From the NCBI RefSeq assembly GCF_963676685.1, contig NC_092356.1, positions 49,662,001 to 49,726,000 on the forward strand: a stretch of DNA of 64,000 bases. Direction: 5' to 3'. The stretch's first letter is position 1, and every line of letters starts with the position of its first letter. The notes beneath the pieces were generated by a model, which ran no database searches, had not been told where the DNA came from, and saw only the letters and a list, made by a program, of their open reading frames with translations. Shown here one piece after another: positions 1 to 12,000 of the stretch. Both the position numbers and the translations under genes were made by a program. This DNA is from Mytilus edulis (Eukaryota).

Positions 1-897
1 GATGTGTGAACAAAACAAACAGCCATTTAAAGGTAAAAATATCAAAAATATGTCCACAGCAGTCAACCTTGTATTATAATTATATCTCTATAAATACAAA
101 CAAATAGGTAACAAAGATTCACAAAAAGGCATATAGGCAAAGCACATTTATTTAGCAAAAATGACAAACAAGAATACAAAAATGTATAATAGCACAATAA
201 CACGATGACGAGATGTATAAGTACAGAGCCATGTCATATATGCATCAAAGAAACACAAAAAGACTTGAAGGCAAAGCACATTAGCAAAAATGAAAGATAG
301 GAATTCAAAAATTAATATCACCAAAAAACAGACTAAACAGCAAAAGCAATATTCATAAAGACAAATGACAGAATGTTATAATACGTTTTTAAGATGATAA
401 ACAACGTCATTACTATATTATATTATACTTAGATCATCGTATATTATTTGTGAAGTTGATAGGGAATATTTATTAACAAGGTCTTGGTAGGAGCCGATGA
501 AATCTTTTGGAAAAAAAGACGAAACGTTTAGCATACTCCTGGTTCATCAATTTCTGCTCAGACACTGGGGACGTTTTACAAAGTCTGAGTAGCAGCTGCA
601 TGCTCTTGAATACCGAATAAGTTGGGAAAAGTTTATCCCATATGCAAGTTATCATATCACTTTTAAAGCTTGCCAGGTGTAACACATTCGTGTAGAATTT
701 TGAAAACCATCTGGATTCACATTGTATTGGTAAATGCATTACGATGTCGCTCTCGTCGTGCCAGTTCTTTTTTTATTTTTTATATATATATAAACAGCCA
801 TAAACATTATAAAGGAGTTGGTGAGTATAATATTCACTCCTGATTCTCTCATTTTTCAAAATTGCAAACAAAAGAGAAAAACAATTATAATAGATAT

Positions 898-1300
898 AAG
901 AAGATGTGGTATCAGTGCCAATGAGACAACTCTCCATCCAAGTCACAATTTGTAAAAGTAAACCATTATAGGTCAAAGTACTGTTTTTAACACGGAGCCT
1001 TGGCTCACTCCAAACAACAAACTATTAAGGGCTCCAAAATTACTAGTGTAAAACCATTCAAACGGTAAAAATCAACGGTCTAATCTATATAAATAACGAG
1101 AAACAAGAAACACTGATGAACCACATTAACAAACGACACTTATTGAACATCAGATTTCTGACTGAGGACAGGTGCAAATAAATGCATCTGGTTAAAACGT
1201 TTTAATAGGTACCAACCTACACCTTTAGCTGAAACAATAGTGTTACTTCAAAACAATAGAAAGACACAACTATCATTTCAAATGGCTTTACTCAATCAAA
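898..1300 (+). repeat. Abundant interspersed repeat (head agatgtggtatga(t/g)tgccaatgagacaactctcca); other copies at ~49001, ~49872, 50742-51135 and, inverted, ~33780-34040 and ~40170-40410
   Basis: Long direct match between 898-1300 and 50742-51135. Confidence 0.85.
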
Positions 1301-2351
1301 ACGAACGAATATATTTGATGATTGATTCAATATAAATGCAAATTAAATAGAAGAAGGCGTGAATAAATAAAGGCAACAGTAGCTTTTCGCTGTGTGATGA
1401 AAAACAATAATAAAAAAAACAATAACCTTACAAAAGGCCGCCATAAACAATCATATACTATACTCAACCGACCCCGTGATATAAGATGCTGACATTCTAT
1501 AGAATATAAGAATATGTTATCAGTTGATGTATATATAGATGTACAAAGTGAAGATTCACGATGACAGCACGAAATCGCGATTCATGTACATGTTACACGA
1601 AAATAAATATCCATACATTAGGGTCAAATATAACAAAGGAGATGTGGTATGATTGCTAATGAAACAACTCTTCACAAGATACCAAGCTGTTTACCAAAGG
1701 GCTTTCGTTCGTACTCTTTATGTCACACATATTTATGTATGTATGGTATCAGGAACAATTGCTCTATCAAATATTTTATCACAATGTTTCAAGTTTAAAT
1801 ACATTGTCCATACTTTCCCAAACGGTTCATGGCTTGACCTTTGTTGTCGTATCAAGATGCGCCGAGTGCAGCATTTTATTTAACTTACCTTGAAGGTTGG
1901 TAAATTTGTAAATGTCTGTCTGTCTGTCTGTCNNNNNNNNNNNNNNNNNNNNNNNNNNNNNNNNNNNNNNNNNNNNNNNNNNNNNNNNNNNNNNNNNNNN
2001 NNNNNNNNNNNNNNNNNNNNNNNNNNNNNNNNNNNNNNNNNNNNNNNNNNNNNNNNNNNNNNNNNNNNNNNNNNNNNNNNNNNNNNNNNNNNNNNNNNNN
2101 NNNNNNNNNNNNNNNNNNNNNNNNNNNNNNNNNNNNNNNNNNNNNNNNNNNNNNNNNNNNNNNNNNNNNNNNNNNNNNNNNNNNNNNNNNNNNNNNNNNN
2201 NNNNNNNNNNNNNNNNNNNNNNNNNNNNNNNNNNNNNNNNNNNNNNNNNNNNNNNNNNNNNNNNNNNNNNNNNNNNNNNNNNNNNNNNNNNNNNNNNNNN
2301 NNNNNNNNNNNNNNNNNNNNNNNNNNNNNNNNNNNNNNNNNNNNNNNNNNN

Positions 2352-3973
2352 TGGGGAATGTGTCAAAGCGACAACAACCTTATCATAGAGCAGACAACAG
2401 CCGAAGGCCACCAATGGGTCTTCAATATAGCAAGAAACTCCCGTACGCGAGGCGTCCTTCAGCTGGCCCCTTAAAAAATATGTTTACTAGTATAGTGATA
2501 ATGGACGTCATACTAAACTCCAAATCATACACAAGAAACTAAAATTTAAAATCATACAAGATTAACAAAGGCCAGAGGCTCCTGACTTGGGACAGGCGCA
2601 AAATTGCGGCGGGGTTAAACATGTTTATGAGATCTTAACCCTCATCTATACCTCTAGCCAATGTAGAAAAGTAAACGCATAACAATACGCACATTAAAAT
2701 TCAATTCAAGAGAAGTCCGAGTCAGATGTCAGAGGATGAAATAAAAGAAAATAAACAAAATGACAATAATACATAAATAACAAAAAAGACTACTAGCAGT
2801 TAACTGACATGCCAGCTCCAGAACTCAATTAAACTGATTGAAAGATTATGTCTTCATCATATGAATATAAGGCACAATCCCTCCCGTTAGGGGTTTAGTA
2901 TCATACTATCATAAAATATATAAGAAGAACATAACCCGTGTCATGCCAACAACTGTTTTTTTTAAATAAATGTGTTTAGTTCCGATGCAAAGACCCTATA
3001 AATGAATCAATATTAAAGCCAAAATATGCAATCTTTAATGACCTGACAACAGTATCGTAACTATATCCCTTCTTAATAAGTCTGTTTAAAGGTTTTGTAA
3101 GGTTTTGAGGTAAATACTGACATCTTTGTGCTTTGTAAAGAATATTACCATAAAAGATTGGATGTGAAATACCTGAACGTATAAGATGTCTGCATGTTGA
3201 GTTATATTTACGAATTATTTCCTTATACCGATGATAAAATGTAGTAAATGTTTTGACTAGTTTGTGAGATCGAAAACCCTGGTGTAATAATTTTTCAGTA
3301 ATACATAAATTTCTCTCGTTAAAATCTAATAAGTTGTTACAAACACGAGCGAATCGTACAAGTTGAGATATATAAACACCATAAGATGGTGACAAGGGAA
3401 CGTCACCATCTAAAAATGGATAATTAACGATAGGGAATGAAAAATCATCACTTTTATCATAAATTTTTGTATTAAACTTCCCGTTAATGTTATAGACATC
3501 AAGATCCAGGAAAGGGCAGTGGTCATTGTTAGTATTAGCTTTATTTAAAGTAAGTTCAATAGGATAAATTTCTTTAGTAAACATACTGAAGTCGTCATTA
3601 TTAAGAGCCAATGTATCATCCAAATATTTAAAAGTATTGTTAAATTTTTGTATCAAATGTTGTTTCGATGGGTCTTTGCTAATTTTAGTCATAAATTATA
3701 ACTCATAACAATACAAAAACAGGTCCGCAATAAGTGGTGCACAGTTAGTCCCCATTGGAATTCCAATAACTTGACGATATACGGAATCTCCAAAGCGAAC
3801 AAAGATGTTATCAAGTAAAAATTCAAGCGCATATATAGTATCAAAGCATTGACATAGTTCTTTTGTTTGTTGCTACTAAAAAATGAACTAAAGAGTTTGA
3901 ACATATGTACTCGCATTCTGACTTTTTAAATGCCTAGTTAATTAGGGATGTGATTTTTTTCTTAATGAGAATA
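2352..3973 (-). mobile_element. Penelope-like retroelement fragment: RT C-terminal half plus 3' non-coding tail, bounded by gaps
   Basis: Minus strand reads GIPMGTNCAPLIADLFLYCYE, then an in-frame TAA (3696-3698), then ORF 2976-3692 with FKYLDD, PFLDL and YDKSDDFSFPIVNYPFL..VPLSPSYGVYISQLVRFARVC. The tail 2352-2975 recurs inverted at ~34337-34975 and partly at ~62950-63172. Confidence 0.85.
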
Positions 3974-4239
3974 NNNNNNNNNNNNNNNNNNNNNNNNNNN
4001 NNNNNNNNNNNNNNNNNNNNNNNNNNNNNNNNNNNNNNNNNNNNNNNNNNNNNNNNNNNNNNNNNNNNNNNNNNNNNNNNNNNNNNNNNNNNNNNNNNNN
4101 NNNNNNNNNNNNNNNNNNNNNNNNNNNNNNNNNNNNNNNNNNNNNNNNNNNNNNNNNNNNNNNNNNNNNNNNNNNNNNNNNNNNNNNNNNNNNNNNNNNN
4201 NNNNNNNNNNNNNNNNNNNNNNNNNNNNCAAAAGGGAAA

Positions 4240-4306
4240 ATGTCGATATCGGGTGAAGAAGAAAACTACATGCGTAAAAAGACAAATCCAGGAACTACTC
4301 CTAAAG
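4240..4306 (+). other. Mini-exon copy 1 (MSISGEEENYMRKKTNPGTTPK-G), internally deleted paralog of HEPN-gene coding exon 1
   Basis: 67 bp from ATG to AAAG|gtaag, phase 1; matches MLSGEEENYMR and KKTN of exon 11805-12000. Confidence 0.75.
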
Positions 4307-5289
4307 GTAAGAACATTTTAAACTGAGGTATTCAATGCACACCTAGCTGTACATTATTCAGATAAAAGCACAGTAAGACAAAGAAATTTTACCTATGTCA
4401 TGTGTTTTGAATCTTTATAAACTAATTATAGAAAGAAAGACAAAAAGGAAAGTTTATGAAGAGAGAATTGAAAATTAAATTTTACTTTCTTTGAGACTAC
4501 ACAAAAGTCACATAATAGATTTAATTAACTGACCTAATTACAATTGGTTCATTCATGCGATGACCTCCAACTATTATCAAGGAAAATAACCATTTTGTAA
4601 ATATCAACTTTCATAATACTAATTAAAGTGACAGATCTATTTTAAAATTTTGTGTTTTCTAAGTCTTGGTGGTGATGACCTCATTTTGGAACAAACATCA
4701 TATTGGTGCTATTTTTGAAGATAGATGCAGGATTGGGCCTTGTTTAAATGAAAAATGAAATTTTGAATTTCCCCCCGCAAATTTTGGACAAATTTTTCTA
4801 TTCTTTGACCACATTCATTCACTGTCAGAAATAAATGCTAATCAAATATTTAATCCCAATCCAAATTCAGAAACGTTTCAAGCTTTAATACAGTGTCCAT
4901 ACTTTCCGAAACGGTTCATGCCGTGACCTCTGTGGTCGTATCAAGATGCGCCCAGTGCAGCATTTTATTGAAATTACCTTGAAGTTTGATATTTTTGTAA
5001 TTTTGTTTTGTTTTATATGAGTTATTTCTTACTATTCACAGTTTGTGTGTATGTTTGTATTTATGTATGTATTTACTGATATTTTTTTTGTCAGAAACAA
5101 ATGATCTATTGAATATTTTATCACAATATTTCAAGCTTAAATACATTGTCCATCCTTTCCCAAACGGTTCATGGCTTGACCTTTGTGGTCGTGTCAAGAT
5201 GCGCTCAGTGCAGCTTTTTATTCAACTTACCTTGAAGGTTGGTAAATTAGTAAATACCTACTAATCTTTTTATTTTTTAAAAAGGGAAA

Positions 5290-5356
5290 ATGTCGATGTC
5301 GGGTGAAGAAGAAAACTACATGCGTAAAAAGACAAATCCAGGAACTACTCCTAAAG
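5290..5356 (+). other. Mini-exon copy 2 (MSMSGEEENYMRKKTNPGTTPK-G)
   Basis: Preceded by tactaat, a T-tract and aag|ggaaaATG; followed by gtaag. Confidence 0.75.
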
Positions 5357-6831
5357 GTAAGAAAATTTTAAACCGTACAATATGATGTGGTAGTCAATGC
5401 ACAACTAGCTGTACGTTATTCAGATAAAATCACAGTTAGACAAAGAAAGTTTACCTATGTCATGTGTTAGCATCTTTATAAACTAATAATAGAAAGAAAG
5501 AAAAAAAATGGAAAGTTTATAAGAGAGAAATTGAAAATTAAATTTTACTTTCTTTGAGACTACACAAAAGTCATATAATAGATTTAATTAACTGACTTAA
5601 TTACAATAAGTTCATTCATGCGATGACCTCCAACTATTATCAAGGAAAATAACCATTTTGTAAATATTAACTTTCATAATACTAATTAAAGTGAAAGATC
5701 TATCTTAAAATTTTGTGTTTTCTAAGTCTTGTTGGTGATGACCTCATTTTGGAATACATCATATTGGTGCTATTTTTGAAGAAAGATGCAGGATTGGGCC
5801 TTGTTTAAATGAAAAATGAAATTTTGAATTTTTTCCCGCGAATTTTGGACAAATTTTTCTTTTCTTTGACCACACTCATTCTCTGTCAGAAATAAATGCT
5901 AATCAAATATTTAATCCCAATCCAAATTCAGAAATGTTTAAAGCTTTAATACAGTGTCCATACTTTCCGAAATGGTTCATGGCTTGACCTCTGTGGTCGT
6001 ATCAAGATGCGCCCAGTGCAGCATTTTATTGAAATTACCTTGAAGTTTGATGTTTTTGTAAATACTTTTTTGTCTATTATTTCTTGTGTTTTACATTAAA
6101 AGTTTTTATGTATATTTCTTTTATTAACCAATACGTGTAACAATGTACGAATGTGGTTTTTTTAAAATTTTGCAAGGCGTGTAACTGTTTACCAAAGCGT
6201 GTTTGTTCGTACTATTTATAAAAATAATGCCGTATAATAGATTTAATTGACTGACTTAATTACAATTAATTCATTCATTATCAAGAAAAAAATACATTTT
6301 TGATATCAACATTCATAATACTAATTTAAGTGACAGATTTATCATAAAATTTTGTGTTTCCTAAGTCTTGTTGGCCATGACCTTATTTTGTAGCAAACAT
6401 CATATTAGTGCCATTTTTTGAAGATAGATGCAGGATTGGGCCTTGTTTAAATGGAAAATGATATTTTGAATTTTCCCCTTGATTTTTTTACAATTTTTTC
6501 TATTCTTTGACTACATTCGTTGTCTGTCAGAANNNNNNNNNNNNNNNNNNNNNNNNNNNNNNNNNNNNNNNNNNNNNNNNNNNNNNNNNNNNNNNNNNNN
6601 NNNNNNNNNNNNNNNNNNNNNNNNNNNNNNNNNNNNNNNNNNNNNNNNNNNNNNNNNNNNNNNNNNNNNNNNNNNNNNNNNNNNNNNNNNNNNNNNNNNN
6701 NNNNNNNNNNNNNNNNNNNNNNNNNNNNNNNNNNNNNNNNNNNNNNNNNNNNNNNNNNNNNNNNNNNNNNNNNNNNNNNNNNNNNNNNNNNNNNNNNNNN
6801 NNNNNNNNNNNNNNNNNNNNNAAAAGGGAAA

Positions 6832-6898
6832 ATGTCGATATCGGGTGAAGAAGAAAACTACATGCGTAAAAAGACAAATCCAGGAACTACTCCTAAAG
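6832..6898 (+). other. Mini-exon copy 3 (same as copy 1; possibly allelic)
   Basis: Same 67 bp with gtaag donor. Confidence 0.7.
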
Positions 6899-7881
6899 GT
6901 AAGAACATTTTAAACTGAGGTAGTCAATGCACACCTAGCTGTACATTATTCAGATAAAAGCACAGTAAGACAAAGAAATTTTACCTATGTCATGTGTTTT
7001 GAATCTTTATAAACTAATTATAGAAAGAAAGACAAAAAGGAAAGTTTATGAAGAGAGAATTGAAAATTAAATTTTACTTTCTTTGAGACTACACAAAAGT
7101 CACATAATAGATTTAATTAACTGACCTAATTACAATTGGTTCATTCATGCGATGACCTCCAACTATTATCAAGGAAAATAACCATTTTGTAAATATCAAC
7201 TTTCATAATACTTATTAAAGTGACAGATCTATTTTAAAATTTTGTGTTTTCTAAGTCTTGGTGGTGATGACCTCATTTTGGAACAAACATCATATTGGTG
7301 CTATTTTTGAAGATAGATGCAGGATTGGGCCTTGTTTAAATGAAAAATGAAATTTTGAATTTCCCCCCGCAAATTTTGGACAAATTTTTCTATTCTTTGA
7401 CCACATTCATTCACTGTCAGAAATAAATGCTAATCAAATATTTAATCCCAATCCAAGTTCAGAAACGTTTCAAGCTTTAATACAGTGTCCATACTTTCCG
7501 AAACGGTTCATGCCTTGACCTCTGTGGTCGTATCAAGATGCGCCCAGTGCAGCATTTTATTGAAATTACCTTGAAGTTTGATATTTTTGTAATTTTGTTT
7601 TGTTTTATATGAGTTATTTCTTACTATTCACAGTTTGTGTGTATGTTTATATTTATTTATGTATTTACTGATATTTTTTTTGTCAGAAACAAATGATCTA
7701 TTGAATATTTTATCACAATATTTCAAGCTTAAATACATTGTCCATCCTTTCCCAAACGGTTCATGGCTTGACCTTTGTGGTCGTGTCAAGATGCGCTCAG
7801 TGCAGCTTTTTATTCAACTTACCTTGAAGGTTGGTAAATTAGTAAATACCTACTAATCTTTTTATTTTTTAAAAAGGGAAA

Positions 7882-7948
7882 ATGTCGATGTCGGGTGAAG
7901 AAGAAAACTACATGCGTAAAAAGACAAATCCAGGAACTACTCCTAAAG
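7882..7948 (+). other. Mini-exon copy 4 (same as copy 2), donor site disrupted by MULE insertion
   Basis: The exon ends ctcctaaag directly before the MULE TIR; the array resumes at 9539 with ataag instead of gtaag. Confidence 0.7.
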
Positions 7949-9529
7949 GGTTCATTCTGGCTATTCCTACATTATGAATTTTATAGGTAAAATACTAAAA
8001 TTTTATGTAGGAATAGCCAGAATGTTTATTTAAACAATGGGATTATGTAGGAAAATGTTGTAACAACACTAGACTAATTAATCAAGGTAAATCCAGGTAA
8101 ATCTTGTGGAAAATAAAGAAAAAGAATAGTTTATATTACAATATTTTATTTAATAATTTCATAGCACATATTTTGTAAATAATATTAACAAAACAAAATG
8201 AATTCATTGGCATAATGTTATTTGCAAGAAATTGCAATTATTTAAGTGCACATATTAATTTATGCAAGTAAATAATACCAATTGAAACATAAATTAAATT
8301 TTAATGATTATTCTTTGAATCACAGCACTAAATTTGATTTATACCTAACAGAGCACCAAACATACACAAAATTGACATTAAGCATACACTCACACAGTGA
8401 TGCATTGCACTGTCTTATAAATTGAATATACAAGAGACTACAAAGTCGTAATCGATGTACAGGACATAAAAAGCAACATGCATCTCCATACTCGACTGCA
8501 GTAAGCTCACAGTTTTGTAACCTTGTTTCAGTGTTTGCAGTCTGTAATCTATTGCCTTTTATTTTCTTTTTCTTGTAACACGTTTCCCACCGGCTCTGTA
8601 CTGGATAAGTTTGAGAACATTGAAGGCTTCTTTTTGTCTCAACAACTTGGTCATGCATGCTGAAGATAATTTTGTGAGGTGCCTCAACTAACTTCTTTAG
8701 TTTACTATGTCAGCCGTCTAGATGGTTTGTTGTTCTATGACCTTCTGTTGCGTAGTTAGTTGTTTTCTACCCAGGAGTAGGTTTCAAAGTCTGTAAAAAT
8801 AATGGTTAGGGTTGGTGTTGCTAATATCTGCATCATTGATGTCCCCCAGTGCGTTAAATCAAACATCTTCAACTGTATTGGGTGGTAAAAATGGTAGAAC
8901 TGCAGCTCTTCGAACAAGTTGGTGAATGTCGCCCTTTTCACTGTATTCAGTCTTTAAACCATGCTTCTGTGCAATCCTCCAGATACACTGAGTGTTGTGG
9001 AAAAAGGACCCTTTTCTATTGATTCTTGGAAAGATTGAGGCGACTGTGAAAAAGCTATTTTGTAGTCGAGGAACATCGCGGCTATTTGTAGTAGAATGTT
9101 GAAGGAAATTTTAAACCAGTTCAAAGTTAATAGCTTGGCTTAATCTATTAGGCCAATTTGTATTAATAATAATTATGTACTGTTAGCGTTACTTTTGATA
9201 ATATATTCATTTTAAAAAATCGTATTTTATTAAAAAAAAAAATGGCTTTTACTAATTTTTTATTTCTAGAAATTCTACAGTAATTGAGAAAAAAAAACAC
9301 TTAATTTTAATATTTGATGCATGTTTGCAAACAAACAAATTCCATTTTTTACATATACAAATACTTTTTATTTAATTTTCACATTTAAATTTACCTTTGA
9401 TCCAATTAGACATTCATGACTAAAACAATATATCTTTCAATAACAACATCTATTGTTCTTCCACTAATCCCCCATGTAGGAATAGCCAGAATAGTAAAAT
9501 ACAAAATGTAGGAATAGCCAGAAGACACC
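7949..9529 (-). mobile_element. Mutator-like (MULE) DNA transposon, defective deletion derivative
   Basis: TIRs ggttcattctggctattcctacatt / aatgtaggaatagccagaagacacc; 9-bp TSD ctcctaaag (7940-7948, 9530-9538). Minus-strand relic ~8620-9080 reads GSFFHNTQCIWRIAQKHGL..VRRAAVLPFLP..VEDV*FNAL and RTTNHLDG*HSKLK, matching the MULE CxxH and RTxNxxEGWH motifs with stops. Confidence 0.92.
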
Positions 9530-11804
9530 CTCCTAAAGATAAGAAAATTTTAAACCGTACAATATGATGTGGTAGTCAATGCACAACTAGCTGTACGTTA
9601 TTCAGATAAAATCACAGTTAGGCAAAGAAAGTTTACCTATGTCATGTGTTAGCATCTTTATAAACTAATCATAGAAAGAAAGAAAAAAAGGAAAGTTTAT
9701 AAGAGAGAAATTGAAAATTAAATTTTACTTTCTTTGAGACTACACAAAAGTCACATAATAGATTTAATTAACTGACTTAATTACAATTAGTTAATTCATG
9801 CGATGACCTCCAACTGTTATCAAGGAAAATAACCATTTTGTAAATATTAACTTTCATAATACTAATTAAAGTGAAAGATCTATCTTAAAATTTTGTGTTT
9901 TCTAAGTCTTGTTGGTGATGACCTCATTTTGGAATACATCATATTGGTGCTATTTTTGAAGAAAGATGCAGGATTGGGCCTTGTTTAAATGAAAAATGAA
10001 ATTTTGAATTTTTCCCCGCGAATTTTGGACAAATTTTTCTATTCTTTGACCACACTCATTCTCTGTCAGAAATAAATGCTAATCAAAAATTTAATCCCAA
10101 TCCAAATTCAGAAATGTTTAAAGCTTTAATACAGTGTCCATACTTTCCGAAATGGTTCATGGCTTGACCTCTGTGGTCGTATCAAGATGCGCCCAGTGCA
10201 GCATTTTATTGAAATTACCTTGAAGTTTGATGTTTTTGTAAATACTTTTTTGTCTATTATTTCTTGTGTTTTACATTAAAAGTTTTTATGTATATTTCTT
10301 TTATTAACCAATACGTGTAACTATGTACGAATGTGTTTTTTTTTAAATTTTGCAAGGCGTGTAACTGTTTACCAAAGCGTGCTTGTTCGTACTATTTATA
10401 AAAATAATGCCGTATAATAGATTTAATTGACTGACTTAATTACAATTAATTCATTCATTATCAAGAAAAAAATACATTTTTGATATCAACATTCATAATA
10501 CTAATTTAAGTGACAGATTTATCATAAAATTTTGTGTTTCCTAAGTCTTGTTGGCGATGACCTTATTTTGTAGCAAACATCATATTAGTGCCATTTTTTG
10601 AAGATAGATGCAGGATTGGGCCTTGTTTAAATGGAAAATGATATTTTGAATTTTCCCCTTGATTTTTTTACAAATTTTTCTATTCTTTGACTACATTCGT
10701 TGTCTGTCAGAANNNNNNNNNNNNNNNNNNNNNNNNNNNNNNNNNNNNNNNNNNNNNNNNNNNNNNNNNNNNNNNNNNNNNNNNNNNNNNNNNNNNNNNN
10801 NNNNNNNNNNNNNNNNNNNNNNNNNNNNNNNNNNNNNNNNNNNNNNNNNNNNNNNNNNNNNNNNNNNNNNNNNNNNNNNNNNNNNNNNNNNNNNNNNNNN
10901 NNNNNNNNNNNNNNNNNNNNNNNNNNNNNNNNNNNNNNNNNNNNNNNNNNNNNNNNNNNNNNNNNNNNNNNNNNNNNNNNNNNNNNNNNNNNNNNNNNNN
11001 NNNNNNNNNNNNNNNNNNNNNNNNNNNNNNNNNNNNNNNNNNNNNNNNNNNNNNNNNNNNNNNNNNNNNNNNNNNNNNNNNNNNNNNNNNNNNNNNNNNN
11101 NNNNNNNNNTTGAGCCCGCTCCCTCTTTTTGAAAGTCCGTTATTTTTTTGTTTCTTATTAAATGCCATGATTTTCGCGTTTCTGTATACTATAAAGAGGT
11201 TTGTAAAGGGTTATTTACGTGAAACGTGTTTTGCCTTTTTTATTTGTTATGCAGCCGTGTAATAGGTTCGTAATCCGCCGTGTTTCGTGAAATCCGTAAA
11301 AAGATCAACGTGCAAGGAATTGTTCGTTCATCGTGAAATGGCAATTGTATTTCGCGTTCTACCGATCAAATATCCCCCTTTTTTTACTCCCCTCTATGAA
11401 CATACGTATATTATAAATAAAGTGTATTTGCTATTAACTTTCAATTCCAAGTTTCTTCTCCACGGCGATCACTGGTATAAAATATTTGTATAAAGAGTCT
11501 CTATATATTTTAGGAGTATAATCATAGTACATGTAAACATGCAGAATAACGCGAAAATAATTGTCCTGTCCCCGAGAAACTACTGACGAAAATTATGTTT
11601 AAAAGTTAAAAACCGGAAGTCTTATCTTTGACTTAAAAGACGGTCTGATGACGAAAACAATATCTGGACGCCTTTACATAGTGTCTATACATTTATGTAG
11701 GACACAGAGGTATGATGAATACTTTATTGCGAAAGGTAGAGAAGCGAAACATAAAATGAGATTTTCTCGTTTAATAGTATAGATATATTTGTTTTAAAGG
11801 CAAC

Positions 11805-12000
11805 ATGTTATCGGGAGAAGAAGAAAACTACATGAGACTGTTCATGCTGCTTGATATTTGTAAAAAGGCAGTGAAAATATATTTTGATGAAGAGTTTGAT
11901 CCAAACCATTTGAATCAGACAATAAAGAAAGCAGGGCGCAAATTACTACAGCTGAAAAAGACAAATGTTCTTTCAGAGACACAGTGGATAATATTGCAAG
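11805..12000 (+). CDS. HEPN-STAND-ANK coding exon 1
   Basis: tttgttttaaag|gcaacATG ... CAAG|gtaggc; 196 bp, phase 1; MLSGEEENYMRL..AVKIYFDEEFDP..QW. Confidence 0.85.

Larger units (their letters stand above)
4229..10712 (+). repeat. Complex tandem array (~1050-bp internal period) present as two near-identical blocks, 4229-6532 and 6822-10712; the second carries a MULE insertion
   Basis: Both blocks start aaaagggaaaatgtcgatatcggg and end tgtctgtcagaa. The sub-unit gacctctgtggtcgtatcaagatgcgcccagtgcagc recurs many times, with a further relic at ~1690-1912. Confidence 0.95.
1933..11110. other. Gapped scaffold region: N-runs at 1933-2351, 3974-4228, 6533-6821 and 10713-11110
   Basis: Runs of n in the sequence; X-filled ORFs in the track are artefacts of these gaps. 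Confidence 0.99.

Noticed and set aside
1827-11262. Long X-containing ORFs
   Set aside because: They are read-throughs of N-gaps.
11645-11657. ctgatgacgaaa as a hammerhead
   Set aside because: No stem II between CUGAUGA and GAAA and no matching stems I and III.
11611-11715. ETS-like ccggaagt plus gag|gtatga as promoter and 5' UTR exon of the HEPN gene
   Set aside because: Plausible, but the motifs are too short to support without transcript data.
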